A stretch of DNA of 62,853 nt, filler included, from Rhabdomonas costata (lineage: Eukaryota), in the NCBI GenBank assembly GCA_019059605.1. It is 32 parts of 32 records of this genome, joined end to end, with 100 filler letters (N's around TTAATTAATTAA, not from the genome) between each part and the next. Parts side by side here need not be neighbours in the genome. Positions count along the whole stretch, not along the records: positions 35,423 to 37,289 come from JAHMHO010007985.1; positions 37,390 to 39,256 come from JAHMHO010007986.1; positions 39,357 to 41,223 come from JAHMHO010007987.1; positions 41,324 to 43,190 come from JAHMHO010007988.1; positions 43,291 to 45,157 come from JAHMHO010007989.1; positions 45,258 to 47,124 come from JAHMHO010007990.1; positions 47,225 to 49,090 come from JAHMHO010007991.1; 25 more parts are not named here. One strand, written 5' to 3'. Each line of letters begins with the position of its first letter. Position 1 is the stretch's first letter. Positions 35,423 through 48,434 of the stretch are shown one piece after another. The translations under genes and the position numbers were made by a program. The notes below the pieces were generated by a model. The model ran no database searches and had not been told where the DNA came from. It worked only from the letters and a program-made list of their open reading frames with translations.

Positions 35423-37262
35423 GGGTGGTGTGGTACTGAAGAACTTTCTTCATCACCTCATCATCCGCACTGATGAGGTCCAAAAAGTTATCGGGCGAGA
35501 GCCCGTTTTTGGATGCCAGCAGGAGCAGCATGAACTGGGTGACAAGCTCCTTGCCGTGAAGGGCTTCGAGTCGGGCATACAGAAAATTGATAAGATCTCT
35601 GACGGAAGTCGCGAGGGCATCTGCAGAGGCAGTGAAATAGCTTGGCCAAGTCGAGATTTCATCGAACAACAGTCGGAGGTATAGCATGGTGACTCCTCCC
35701 TGCTTCTCGCTGCGGCAATCAGCAGAACAAGCTTTGCCAATAGCTTCTCGAACAACATCCCATTGCGCTGGTTGCAAGCTTCGGCCGACTTTCTGAAGCC
35801 ACTGTTTCAAAAGGTCTTCCGCATCGGAGGAAATCACCTCAGGAACAGTAAGAAAGGCACCAGGGGACAGGTCAGCGGCCAGGGCTGACAAAATCCCATA
35901 CTCAGGATTCGGAAGCGTGCTGACAACTATGCCTACATTTGGCGGAAGAGTTCGTGGCAGCCATCGGAAGGGTTGTGAGCGACCATAATCCATTTCGGAA
36001 AGCTGGTCCAGAGAGTCAATAAACAGCCGAAACGAATGTCGGGGGTCCACCGCGTTGAGAAGGCCGTGGAAGAATGCGACGACGTCCTCAAAGGCTGACG
36101 GGACATTGTCCTGCCCGACCGATGGTGAGGTTCTTGCAGTGATCATCTGCTGGCAAATGCTGCGAAGAAGGTCGCAAATGTGAGCACTTTGCGGAGAGAT
36201 GCCACAGAGACGTATTATGGTGATACATTCGTGGGAGGCAACGAGGTCGCTTAAGTCCCATGCCAGCTTGCACATTAGGCTTGTTTTTCCTGTTCCGCTG
36301 GCGCCGACGATGACGGAAATGTTGCCCCGGTTGCTGCTTATCAGGGCATTCGCCTCTTCGATCAGTTTCTGGCGCCCAAAGAACACCTCTGCACGCTCGG
36401 CACAAAACCGGCACTGCTGCACAACTTCGCGCTCGTGGGCAGACGGGATGCGCCGCTTGGACAAAGCAAGCTGCAGGCGACACTCCAGATCTCTTAAAAA
36501 TTCCGCCGAGAGCTGCATCAGATATTCCTTGGAGGAGGAGAGAGACACACCACCCGCAGGCCAATCAATAATATACTCTCGGAAAGCGTGCTCGGGCAGC
36601 GCGGCCTTCACCCGCTCTCTCATTTCGAACAGAAGGCGGCGATCCTCTTCAATCGGAGTCCAGTATTTCGCAGCGACCCTAGCTCCAGGAGGAAGCTGGT
36701 GGGCCTCCTCATCCACAGCCTGCGCCAGACCTGCGAGGGACCGCATCAGGCACAAGCTTGAAGTGGAATGCGGCGACAGGGCGGCAGGATCTGAAAAAAG
36801 TGCCCTGAGAACTTCCCTCTCTGTTACTGAAATCATCCAAGTCTCCGCAGGCACTTCCTCCGGATAATTTCGGGCAGCTTCCCAAATCGCCGCCTGCATG
36901 ATCGATTGCGCCCCCCGAGCTCCGGAAGCGTCCCAGAATCTAGGCTTGTCTGGGTTGGCCCGCTCCGTTGAGGAGATGCGCTGCAGCACAAAACACGGAG
37001 GAGTCGCATTGAGTTCCTTCTTATACCAGAGTTGTATAGTATGTTTGGCTTCACCGTCAGAGATGTGCTTCATAAGGAGCTCCATCGCCGCGGATGTCAC
37101 TCGGTTGGGAAGGGCCCGCCACCCATACCGCTCCGTGGCAAGGAGGACAAAGCTGACTGCCAGGCCATTCTTCTGGCAACGGTCGATCTCACCAAGGCAG
37201 ATGTCAATCGTCATGTGGTCGTCTGTGGCCTCGTCCCGCACACCCCACCGCAGGTCTACCAC
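35423..37262 (-). CDS. DUF4062-NACHT STAND NTPase, NWD1/NWD2-like (intronless, partial)
   Basis: VDLRWGV..CLGEIDRCQ..RYGWR.LP (DUF4062), Walker A GASGTGKT, Walker B LFIDSLDQL, WLP.TLPPNV..VSTLP. Confidence 0.9.
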
Positions 37263-37766
37263 CAAAAAACCAAACAACCCACACACACCNNNNNNNNNNN
37301 NNNNNNNNNNNNNNNNNNNNNNNNNNNNNNNNNTTAATTAATTAANNNNNNNNNNNNNNNNNNNNNNNNNNNNNNNNNNNNNNNNNNNNGTTGTGTGTTG
37401 ACTTCCCCCGGCCATCCACAGCGCTGTCCTTTGTTGCCCTTATGTGCTCCTCTTTGGACAGCGCTGTGGATGGCCGGGGGAAGTCAACACCAGAATCCAA
37501 ACATTGGGCGACTGTGGAAGTGAAAGTTGGACAGAATTGAAGAAATGACTGTGAAATATGAAGGACATTGGAGAAAAGACAATAACACGATGTGTTTTCG
37601 TTCTCTACCCGTGTGCAGCTTTTCCAACGATAACATGATAATGTGGCGTACCCTCGTTGCAGGTTTTTTAGGAGCTCTCAAGAAACCGAGGCTCACATCA
37701 TCAAAGCTATCAAGCCGGCTTATCAACTCTATTTGAGGTTAAGGGGGTGGGGTGGGGTTTTTGCAG

Positions 37767-38677
37767 GTGTTCCCCCCGAGAAGATTATCTACGCTAACGC
37801 AACGAAGACTCCGGCCTACATCCGCCGTGCAGCAGAACTTGGCGTGCGGCGGATGACCTTTGACAACGACTTCGAGGTCGATAAGATGCTCGAGAACCAC
37901 CCCAACGCTGAGCTTGTGCTTCGCGTGGCTGTTGCAGGAGGGTCCGCACATAATTTCATTTCAAGAGGCTCTGCACAAAAGCGACTTAAATCTCACCTCT
38001 TTCACAGCCATGCAGTTATTTTGCACAAAAAGATATGTACTCAACTTTCCGTCCCACCTTTCGGTGTATCCATCCACTCCATTTGCGGGGGTGCAGGTGC
38101 CCTGTCCATCAGTTATCATAGAAACGGAGGCAATCATTTTCCCGAATATTTCGCTTGTCACCAACTCCCCAGCCATTGTGAAAACTGCGTGTGCGTGGTG
38201 GTACGTGATACCTGGGTAAACCATCAGGCGGCTAGGGGACGGCGGCGAGGGAACCAAGCGAAGCAAGAGACTCAGGTTGGGAGAGTAGGAAACCCGTAAG
38301 AAGTGCTTCCTGACCACAGTCAAGGGGGTGCAAGGACGGCCTCGAAGCCGTTTGCCTCATGTGTACAGTCAAAAGAAGTCCAGAAGCGCTGCGGCCTCGG
38401 CTTCAGCCCAATGGGTCAATGGGTCATCTTGTGGTAAAGCCGCTTGCATCCTCTGTTTTTTTTGTTTGCGGGACCTCGCAGGCACAGCCTGATCAACTTC
38501 ACGTCGAAGTTTGGGGCCAGCCCGGAGGAGGCCAAGTGGCTGGTGCGGCTGTGCAAAGAGAAGGGCGCCAACCTGGTGGGGTGCTCCTTCCACGTCGGCT
38601 CTGGGTGCCTGGAGGTCTCGGCGTACGACAGAGCCCTGACCATTGTCAGGGAGGTTTTTGACTTCGCGAAAACCGTG
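37767..38677 (+). CDS. ODC: Ornithine decarboxylase (fold III PLP enzyme), partial
   Basis: Exons 37767-37941 and 38482-~38677; IIYANATK, MTFDN, LVLR, SKFGA, GCSFHVGSG. Confidence 0.9.
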
Positions 38678-39607
38678 GTGTGTGTACGAGGGAGTGGCCC
38701 CTTTGCGTCGTGCCCGCATCCTTCAGACAGGATGGCTTGCAGACAGATATTAAGTTTCGATTGCTGCGCTCATTCAGAATGTATCGGAAGCCATGGGTTG
38801 AGTAACATCCAATTCTGTCTTCAATTCCAATTCCAATTCAATGTTGTGAATGTGTGTAGAGAACAGTTGTTGTGGGTTCCGAACAAATTCCAACAAAAAA
38901 CGCAAAGGTCAACCAATTAAAGGGTTAGGCATAAGATGAGGCCGCGTGAAGGGGAGAGATTCTTCCTCAGTTCACTTTGTTTTGGAGGTATGTGTGGTTG
39001 AAAAAAGTCAATTATTAAAAAGTACCCTCTCCCCAGTGAAAAAAGCAACGCTTCCGAAATTTTCTGGCACCCCAGGTTCTTCTCGATCGAAAGGCAGTCC
39101 TCCCCTGAAATTCCCTCTTGCACCACGACCTTCCATTTCTCGCAAATGAAGTCTCCAGAGCCCCCCAAAGAGCCTCGTAATTAGCCAAAAATAGGCGTAA
39201 TTAGGCAAAATTTTGCACTTATGGAGCATCTGGTTCTTCCACTTCACCCCCCCCACNNNNNNNNNNNNNNNNNNNNNNNNNNNNNNNNNNNNNNNNNNNN
39301 TTAATTAATTAANNNNNNNNNNNNNNNNNNNNNNNNNNNNNNNNNNNNNNNNNNNNTTGTGTTTTGCTTGAGGTCGTGTTGCCACTGGTAGCTAAGCCTG
39401 GTGCTGGTCATCGGCTCCTAGTTTACGATTCAAATTTTTCTCAAGAGACGCAATCCGTGCGGTGAGATGCGAGAACCGGCATGTGGTCAACAGAAACTAG
39501 GTGGGGTTAGAGATGGGTTACTTAGCCCTTCTACTAGCTTGCGTCTATGTGTATTGCTCTCGGTACGGTTGCTCGGTAGGTTGTCAATCTCTTACCTATC
39601 GTATCAG

Positions 39608-41185
39608 GCTGTGAATGCCTCGGGAGGGATCGTGGACAAGGTGGTCGGCGACAAGGTCTTATCGCACTGGAACGCCGCCAGCAGGCAGGCCAATCACCAG
39701 AGCAAGGCCTGCTCCGCGGCGCTGGCAGTGGTCCGCGCAGCTGCGGCGGCCTCTGGGAGCCACCCCACGGGTTCACAGGATTGGCGGCTTAGCGTTCGGG
39801 CAGCGGTAGCCTCGGGGAGTGCGTTGTTTGGGAACGTCGGGGCGGGCAACCACCGGAGCTTCCAGATCTTCGGCAGCGTGGTGTGCTGTGCCTTTTGATA
39901 CGTTTTTGAAAAGTTTGATAAGTTGCCATAAGTTTGTGTTGTGCTTGTATGCATTTACAGGTTGGGAGCGACAGTCTTCCGACTCCGTTTTCGGTTATCT
40001 CTCGCTGCGTGCTATGTTACTCATCGGTGACCATAGGGGTTTCCTCGGTTGTGAGGTTGCTTTATGTTTATGGATTTGTATGGTTGATTCAGTTTGGAGT
40101 ATCCCTCACTTCCCCACTTGAATGAAATAGGACCCTGTAGAGTCATATGGCTGTGCGGCGCTGCATTTTGGAAGTTGTTTGTGAAAAGCAAGTCCAATTG
40201 CATCACTGATCTTTTAGGTTTCCACGGCATTCTTCCTGGCCAGGCATGCTCGGCGGCTGGGCGTGTGCGTGGCCTGCGACCGCGCCACGAAGGCCCAAGT
40301 GGAGCACTTGGGCCAGGCCACACTGGTGGACCTGGTGCCCGCTGAGGAGCTTCCGGTGGCTCTGCGGCCGCCGGTTAACTCTGCACGCTCCCATGCCAGC
40401 ACGCGCCATGGCCGTTCGGTCTCCCCATGCTCCTCTCAGGTCGTGATTGCCGTGGAACGCAGCGGGTCCTCCGTACCTGGTGTGCCTTCCGGATCCGCGA
40501 GCGGCGATTTTACTGGCGACGCCGGCAGGCATGCTCCCTGAACAGCTGTGCGCTCGCCTTTGTTTTGGTTTGCGTAACAAGGGCGTTTGGGTTGGGTGGG
40601 GCATCCTGAATTTCTGTGATATCGCCGGAGATGTCAGCGGAATTATGGACCAAGGGTGTGAAGTGCACTTTTCGGCGTCACGGCAGCAGGCGGGTGGTGA
40701 AGATGGCGGTTCACGGTGGGGAGTTGTTCGTGCGGTTTTGTAGGCTTGTTTTTCCATGTCTGTATGTAAACAAGAGCCCCCTACCGCTCAGGAAAGGAAA
40801 CCAACCCTCGAAAGCGAAAGAAAGTATCTGTGACTCTCAAAAGAAGCAAAGAAAAATTTGAACGCGGTAGACTCAGAAGAAGACAATCAAAAAGCTAAAA
40901 TGCACCCCGCAGAATTGGAGTTTTGTTGATAACGCTAACCTGACTAGTGAGGAGACGGAAGGACAAAAGCCTGGTCAGAAACAGAGTATATGTTATTGTC
41001 GCCGCCCTTTGCAGAACGAGCCCAAGGTCTTCCTTTCGCCTGGAGATGTACCAGGTTTTGCCTCGGGCCGTGTCCAATAACCCCGTCAATGAGGAGTGGA
41101 TGTACACCATTGATCCTGATGCTCCGAATTCGAGGTCGGCGCCAGAAGTGGCCTTTGCTGACGCCATGGCACAGTACGAGGAAGG
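39608..41185 (+). CDS. Class III adenylate/guanylate cyclase-like domain, euglenozoan 'EWMY' type (partial, 3 exons)
   Basis: Exons 39608-39880, 40218-40528, 41015-~41185; GGIVDKVVGDKV..WNA, GSALFGNVG, VDLV, NEEWMY. Confidence 0.75.
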
Positions 41186-41594
41186 TCCGCTTCCATTTGA
41201 TATGATATGTACACACACCACACNNNNNNNNNNNNNNNNNNNNNNNNNNNNNNNNNNNNNNNNNNNNTTAATTAATTAANNNNNNNNNNNNNNNNNNNNN
41301 NNNNNNNNNNNNNNNNNNNNNNNGGGTTTTTGGCTGAAAAGGGAAAAAAATTGGTGAGCGGCGAAAAAGTCGTCACTTCTGGTACAGGCCGCAGTTTGGG
41401 CATAGAATACTTTCATGCAACAAACCCCAACGAGGAGAAAATTTTAACAGTGGAATTTGCTTCCTCACCGCTTTGCTTTGATCCTGCACATACGTACACC
41501 AGGATGCACCAACAACAACCCGCGGCGGATACCAACCGTTGCACAATGTTTCGCTCTCCATTGCAATACCCAAAAAGACAGATTTTGAAGTCAC

Positions 41595-43158
41595 CTAGGC
41601 CCCCCAGTGTCAACTAAGCTCAAAATCGTTTGGGCATCCGAGCGAAGGAAACGCCTGGGCGGTGGGTCTGTCCTCCCAGAAGTAAGAGCCGACTGTGCCT
41701 GTACGACTGGCAGTGAGAAATCCTCAAAGACACGCAAATCGGAGTCTGTGCTTAGGGTTTTTAATTGCGCTGCGAAGAAATTAACATGCACTTCGACCTT
41801 TACCACCTGCAAAGCAGGATAACATTGAGGAGAAGCACCGAGCTTCCACACAAGCCAATAAAAAGAAGCGCTGGAAAGCACTCTAGAACATCGCACAGGA
41901 CGTGTTCGCTGCTCAAAGTGAGGTTGGGGCGAAGGTAATTGTCCCCTTGCTCTCGCCCTTGCCCGCGCAAACTGATCGAAGAAAGTCACATCGATAAGAA
42001 AATGAAGTAAAGAAAAACTCAGAACACCATGCGAGAGCCCACCACACACACAATCACTCAATCTATCCGTCAGTCGGAGAGTGCAAGTGAATTTCGGAAA
42101 AGGCTGCTTCTCTCCGTTGATGTCACAAGTTTGAGTTACACGGGCAGATGTCAAGCATTCGCCACAGGCACCGCTGAACAAAGTTAATGGGGCAATGCAT
42201 CTTCCCATTTCCGCATATCTGTCATGAGTTGGCAAAAAGTCGGAAAATGGTTTGACGGAACCATCCACAACATTCGAAGTTCGCGCCACCCAGTTGGGGC
42301 CCGGCACTTTGGGAACTCTTAAAATCATCGGGTGAAGGCGACCCGGTTGCCACCAGATACCTCAACTAGTGTCTTGTGCTCAAGTAGTGAATGCAAATGA
42401 GCTGCCCTCCAACTAAACCGATTCAATAATACAATCTCACAAGGACTACGAGAACGCAATAAAGGCAAAAGTAATCCCCAAAGGGAATGCAATGCAGCAA
42501 GACTTCGCAGACATAACCGGACAAAAACAATGTACATGATTGAGGAAAAGAACTCCAGCTTCACCACTCAGCCAGACCAGTCGCAGTTGCATTTACCCTG
42601 CACTGTGGTGGGAGGTGTTTCTCGGCCTTCACGCACACGGGAACGGCGTCCCGCGCGAACACCGGGGAGACCGAGAGCCCCCCGATGTGCACCAGGGCCC
42701 TGCCATGCAGACCCACCCACACCAAGCCGTGGGTGCGGAGTTGCACCCCGGCCCACAGCAGCCGCTCCACCTCTCCTACGGCGGACTCCCCAGCGAGGCG
42801 GCTCACCCATGCCACAAACGGCCCCACAAGGTGGGGCCCACGTCCCCCAGGGAGAGCCAAGGGGCTTGTGAGCCGGATCATCGCAGTGGGGTGGGATTTA
42901 ATCATCACAGTGAAGTTAGCGTCAAGCAAGGTTGCACCCGCGGAAACCGGATTCCACAGCAGAAAAAAGGAGGGCACCGGAATAGACTGGTGATGGATAA
43001 GCTTGGACATGGCAGAGCGCCAGTTTATCTTCCCGACAATGCACTGGACGACGTCGTCTCCGCATACCTGGCTGGAAATGCCACGAACTTCACCGCGGTG
43101 GGTTCCAGCATGGGCGCCAACGCGGCCATCGACACTCTGCTTTCCCGTCTTCCGGTCA
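41595..43158 (-). CDS. Hypothetical protein (partial, at least 3 exons)
   Basis: Exons 43158-43068, 42864-42597, 41806-41595 with good donors (gtatgc, gtaaat, gtgac) and consistent phase. Confidence 0.45.
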
Positions 43159-43463
43159 CTGTGAAGCTTCCAGGAACTGACCACCCACACNNNNNNNNNN
43201 NNNNNNNNNNNNNNNNNNNNNNNNNNNNNNNNNNTTAATTAATTAANNNNNNNNNNNNNNNNNNNNNNNNNNNNNNNNNNNNNNNNNNNNGGGTTTGTGG
43301 CTGCTTACGGCTGCTTAATGTTGAATTGAGGGAGCGGTGCGGCTTAATTCGAGCCCAGTTGTGTGGTGCGCGGTATCAACATTTGGACAAGTTTTCTATG
43401 TCAATGCACTGAAACTCAGACTGTCAAGAGATTGTTACACCCCTCCGCTGTTTTAATTTCCAG

Positions 43464-44649
43464 GCATTGCTCATGTGTCGAAGACGATCATTGGAAACGA
43501 CCTGCTTCGGGGCATTAGTGGTGGGCAGAAGCGCCGCGTGACCTCCGCGGAGATCCTGATGTCATGCTGCCCCGTGCTTTTTGCGGACGAGATCTCCACC
43601 GGGCTCGACAGGTGTGCACAACCTACCTTTCTGTATACGTGCACGGCTCATCCCAGCGGCTGCTCCAAATACGAATTTTACAACCATACATGTCTCTGTG
43701 TGGTCCTTGGAATCGTGCGCGTGAGAGTGGGAGATTTGTACGCACGCTGTTTCTTCGTGACCCGCAGCAAGTCGGCGTACGACATCTGCAAGTCTCTGCG
43801 TACGGTAACCCACTGCATGCAGCGCACCACGCTGATTTCCCTGCTGCAGCCCCCGCCAGAGGTCTACGACCTCTTCGATGATGTCATCCTTTTCCACAAG
43901 GTGGGCGGCTTTTCTCCCGCTTTCTCTCCCTCGCTTGCGCTATACCCACCAACCACAGTGAGTTGCGTGAGTTGCGATGCAAAAGCAGAGCAAGTTGTAC
44001 GCGCAAGATTACGAGCAAGAGACGATCCCTACGACGCTTTTGTTCATTGCGCGGCGCAGGGCCACATCGTGTACCACGGCCCGGCGACTGAGGCGGTGCC
44101 ATACTTCGAGAGCTTGGGCTTCCACTGCCCGGAAACCATGGACAAGGCGGACTTCCTGCAGCAGGTCTGACACTCAATACAACGCGCCCGATTTGTGCTT
44201 TTTTTTTTGCTGAATTTCCAGGGAATTTCCGTCATTAGGAGGGCCCTCGGTCGCTCGGTAGTGGGGGGCTTGCCTTCCTTTGCTTTGCTTCGCCCTCTGC
44301 TTAGGTTGTGACGGACATTGGGCGCCGCTACTTGTCCCCCGAGGCGACTGCCTCTCCGTTGACCCCATGCACGGCGGCGGAGTTTGCGGAGGCCTACAAG
44401 GCCAGTCAGCACTTTCAGATCGACCACGCCACCTTTGACCCCAACGGCCTTACTTCCGGGACATTGGTGTGCTCGTCTTCCCCGACGATATCCGAATGGT
44501 GGGAGGGATTTGCGGATTAGAGGTGCTTGGATAGTTACAGACATTGTCCTGGCATGTGGTGTTCGGTTCGTCTCTCTCTGTGGCGCAGTCGAAAGAGACT
44601 GCGAACTACCTCGAGAAGGGGTTCTTCACGCGCTTCACCAACCCCTGGC
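43464..44649 (+). CDS. ABCG/PDR-type ABC transporter, first nucleotide-binding domain (partial, 5 exons)
   Basis: Exons 43464-43611, 43768-43900, 44060-44164, 44305-44466, 44589-44649; RGISGGQKRRVT, ADEISTGLDS, SLLQPPPEVYDLFDD, YFESLGF.CP..ADFLQ. Confidence 0.93.
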
Positions 44650-45956
44650 GTATGTCCGCTCCGCTTGCTTTTCTCATTCTGCGCTAGTTTTCGGACGCCT
44701 GAGCAAAAACGAACAGTAAAGTGCAGGAACAGAACGTATTGCCATCAACTCCCCGCATTCTTATGCGAACATGCCCCATGCCCTTCCCCCTCCAAATTTT
44801 CTGCCTCGTTTCTTTCTTTTTGCTATTAACCGGTGAACAGTGGGCATCTGCTGTGCTGTGCTGTGCTGTGCTGTGCTCCGGTTGCATAATTGTTGCATCT
44901 GATTCAAAAATGCATGATAGTGAAGTTCCAAGGCTTCGGCCGGTTGATGTATACGCCAGAGGCTCCAGGATTGCTTTGGCTTCCCCCACTCTAAAGGGGT
45001 CAACGTCCGTTAGCTGCCTGAATATGGGTGTGCAGGGTGGGTGTACGTTGTCTACGCGCGTCAGCTCGTGGCTTGCTCACTTGGCAGCGGCTTTGTCATT
45101 GCTTTGCGAGGCCCATCCCGGAGCTCTTCTCTCATTTCCTCTCGGTACCCAACCACCNNNNNNNNNNNNNNNNNNNNNNNNNNNNNNNNNNNNNNNNNNN
45201 NTTAATTAATTAANNNNNNNNNNNNNNNNNNNNNNNNNNNNNNNNNNNNNNNNNNNNGGTTTTGGGTGCCTTTGCATAAAACAATAACGTTTTGTTGTGT
45301 GGTTTGAGATTATCCAATTATGTTCCATGCACCGGCTCAAATGCTAAAAGCAGAACCCCAAGCGCGCCGTGTGCATGGAACATAATTGGATAATCTCAAA
45401 CCACACAACAAAACGTTATTGTTTTATGCAAAGGCACCCAAGGGGCAAGCTCGACCATTACAACTGAAGCAGGAAACACACGCTTTAGCTGTTCGTTTGC
45501 ATGGTCTGAAGAGATGGAGGAGAAATCGGAAATATATACACATTTAGAAATTGGCAAGAAAGGGCAGCACGACGTTTTCGGTGGTTTCGAAGACTTAAGA
45601 GGCGATGTGGGATTTCCCGCCAAAACTTTATCGATGTATGGCAGCACTCCCTAAAGCCCTAAAATCCACACATGCACGGCCCCAACGAAAACAGCAGGAT
45701 ATTTGAGCCCCGGGGACCAGCTTCAAATCATCCACGTGAGGCCGCCCCTCTCCAATAAAGATAGCGCATGCCTCTCCCACTGCAAAAGTTTCAATTCGAA
45801 ATCCAGGTCACAATTCGTGACGTAATTTTCTGAATTCGTTCGGGGGGGGGGGCTGGGCAAATTCTGAATCCTACAATTCAGGGGTGATTTTTGAGATTTC
45901 TTATTCTTCCCCATCCTTGCAAGCCAGAAGGATGCACTAGCGCCCCAGGCAAAGAC

Positions 45957-46897
45957 CTTTGAAGCTCTCCGTAATCCTTTCCATTCCCCCAAGGCTGGCC
46001 TGCCAAGAGTCGTCCTTCAGGCAGCAGGCATGGATGTGGCCAAGCGCAACCGCGACTTGCACCACCTGCGCAGCATTGAGGCCACGCAGCACATGGGCGG
46101 TACCCGCCCTTTCGGAGAGGTCCTCCATGATAATCATCCCCGGTTGCCCGCTCTCAGCCCCACTCCGAGTAAAGTAAACCGCAGGTATGCGGCAGGCGGT
46201 CTGATGGATCCGCAGAAACTCGTATACTAGAAGAACCCCCCCCTCCGAGCAGTGCACTCAAACCTCGTTCACCGCAGCAGGAAGCAAAAACAAAAGAAGC
46301 AGAGAACTCCGACTCAAAAAGTAGTGAATCCAACCATAGTCGTCGATCACGCTTGTCTTGAACACGAACCATCTGGACATGCCCCTTCGCCAGTCCGTGG
46401 ATCACCCTCTGATCCCAATGGATCTTCAAGCGTAAATGGCAGCGGAGGTGCCCAAGTCCAGACACTCCTTTACCGGGGCGATCATTGTCCAAAAACCGGA
46501 TTCATCGGCGTTCTTGGTATTCCGAGAAGAGGACATTGTGTGCGGGGTAGTGAAAAGGAGAGTGAGGCAAAGCCAAACCTGCGCACTCGTCGCGGTGCTG
46601 GCGAGCCAGCCCAGTGAGCTTTTCGGGGTCCCCGCCCTCCATGGTCTGCACCAGAGCCTGCGCGTTCTTCACGGAAGGCGTCTTCACCACAAAGGCAACT
46701 TGCGAGGGGAGACCCTTTCCCCCATCCTCTCCCCACTGCACCTCCACCCGTAGGATATCACTGAGCATGCCCTGGCCCTCGGCAAGCCTGCTGGCTCTCA
46801 CTGAGCGCACTGGGGCAGAGGTGCCCAGGCCATGGCACAGCGAGGCCACAAAGTCCGCGGTACTGATCGGGGTATCACATAGCCTATCCTCGTCCAT
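45957..46897 (-). CDS. Choline/ecdysteroid-kinase-like (CHK, DUF1679/EcKL) protein, N-terminal two exons
   Basis: Exons 46897-46579 and 46226-45957; GQGMLSDILRV, FVVKTP, HRDECAVY, IPAVYF, IIMEDLS, ALGHIHA. Confidence 0.75.
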
Positions 46898-48047
46898 CAG
46901 GATACAGCACCAAAAAAAGGATCCAAAACTGCCTAAAGGAAGCCAGGAGAAGACACCCAGCCGAAATGAGTATATGCTGCACTGAAGGACTGGTGCTTCA
47001 TTCCGCGTCACTGCGCACCAGGTCGCGCGGCAGATCACCGACTGAACTCTCAGTTTGCGGCAGAGTTGGCGCCAAAATCCCAAATCCATATTCTAACGAT
47101 GTAAAACAGGGTGACACCCACCCCNNNNNNNNNNNNNNNNNNNNNNNNNNNNNNNNNNNNNNNNNNNNTTAATTAATTAANNNNNNNNNNNNNNNNNNNN
47201 NNNNNNNNNNNNNNNNNNNNNNNNTGTGGTGGGGGAAGACGAACGAGGCGTGTCAGGGGGAACAGCGAGTGGAAGAGAGTCTGGTAGTGGGGGTGGTTGT
47301 GGGCAAGCCCAGGCGTTTGCGGCCATCATGTGCACAGGAATGGGAGCAGGAGGCAACTTGGGGTTGGGTTATCGGGGGGATGCCAAGCCCCCCTAGAAGA
47401 ACAAATCCAGCGATCCTGCAATCGAAAAAATGAATACACTCACTGTCATATATAATAGTATAAATATTACATAGAAGAGATTTCTTGAATACGCTTTCAT
47501 TTTTTTCTTTTTGTCTTATTCAACCAATCTCAGGGAGAAGAGCATGAAGACCGAATTAGTCCTTTGAGTAAGGGGAGCAGGGGAGGTGCTCTTGTCTTGT
47601 GCTTGTTTTGCCTGTCTTGGCCTTCAATCAATTCTCCTTTACAGACCATCCAACTGCCCCAGGTATGTTGTGATGAAAATGCTGACAATGACAGAAGCCT
47701 CCTGATTGACCAGATTTCAACTGAGTAAGAACGTCAGTCAGACGATCCCGGACGGAAAGGAAAAAGAGAGTCTTTCTAGGAATATTTAGCATTAACGTTT
47801 GAGTTTGATAACAATTTGCTTCGCAAGTCTCGCGTTGGTAGCGACCTGGTGTGGTGATGCTTTTTTTCGGACTGGCATTCTTTTTTTTGTGTGGGGTACC
47901 TTAGCTGCCTTGTGCCTGAATACTTATGGCAGCCTTGGTCTATTTCTGTGGGTGCTTTCCTTTCCTTTCAATACAGATTTTACTTGATTTGGCCAACCGC
48001 AAGTTTTCACCCGTTTCTCCGCTCTCGACACCCCCTCCATTCCCTTC

Positions 48048-48434
48048 ATGGGTCTCCTCACTCTTCTCCGAGGGCTGAAGAAGAAGGACAAGGAGGCCCG
48101 CTTTCTTTTCCTGGGTCTCGACAACGCGGGGAAGACGACCTGCTTGAAGAAGCTTTCCGATGAAGATATCACTCACATCAGCCCCACCCAAGGCTTCAAC
48201 ATCAAGTCGATGAACCATGAGGGCTTCAAAATTAATGCCTGGGACATCGGAGGTCAGAAGGTACGTGACCAGCTCTTGTCTGCTCCATGAGGCGCGAAGA
48301 TCCTTTCTCCGTTTCTGCTCACCCCCTGGAAAACTGTCAGGCCATCCGCACATACTGGTCGAACTACTTTGACGAGACGGATGTCCTCATTTATGTCGTG
48401 GACTCGGCAGACAAGAAGAGACTCGAGGAAACAG
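48048..48434 (+). CDS. ARL3: ADP-ribosylation factor-like GTPase ARL3 (first two exons)
   Basis: Exons 48048-48260 and 48341-48434; [57 protein letters not shown]. Confidence 0.9.

Noticed and set aside
37395-37490. Perfect 35-bp inverted repeat
   Set aside because: Contig-edge fold-back, same artefact pattern
45262-45441. Perfect 71-bp inverted repeat
   Set aside because: Contig-edge fold-back, same artefact pattern
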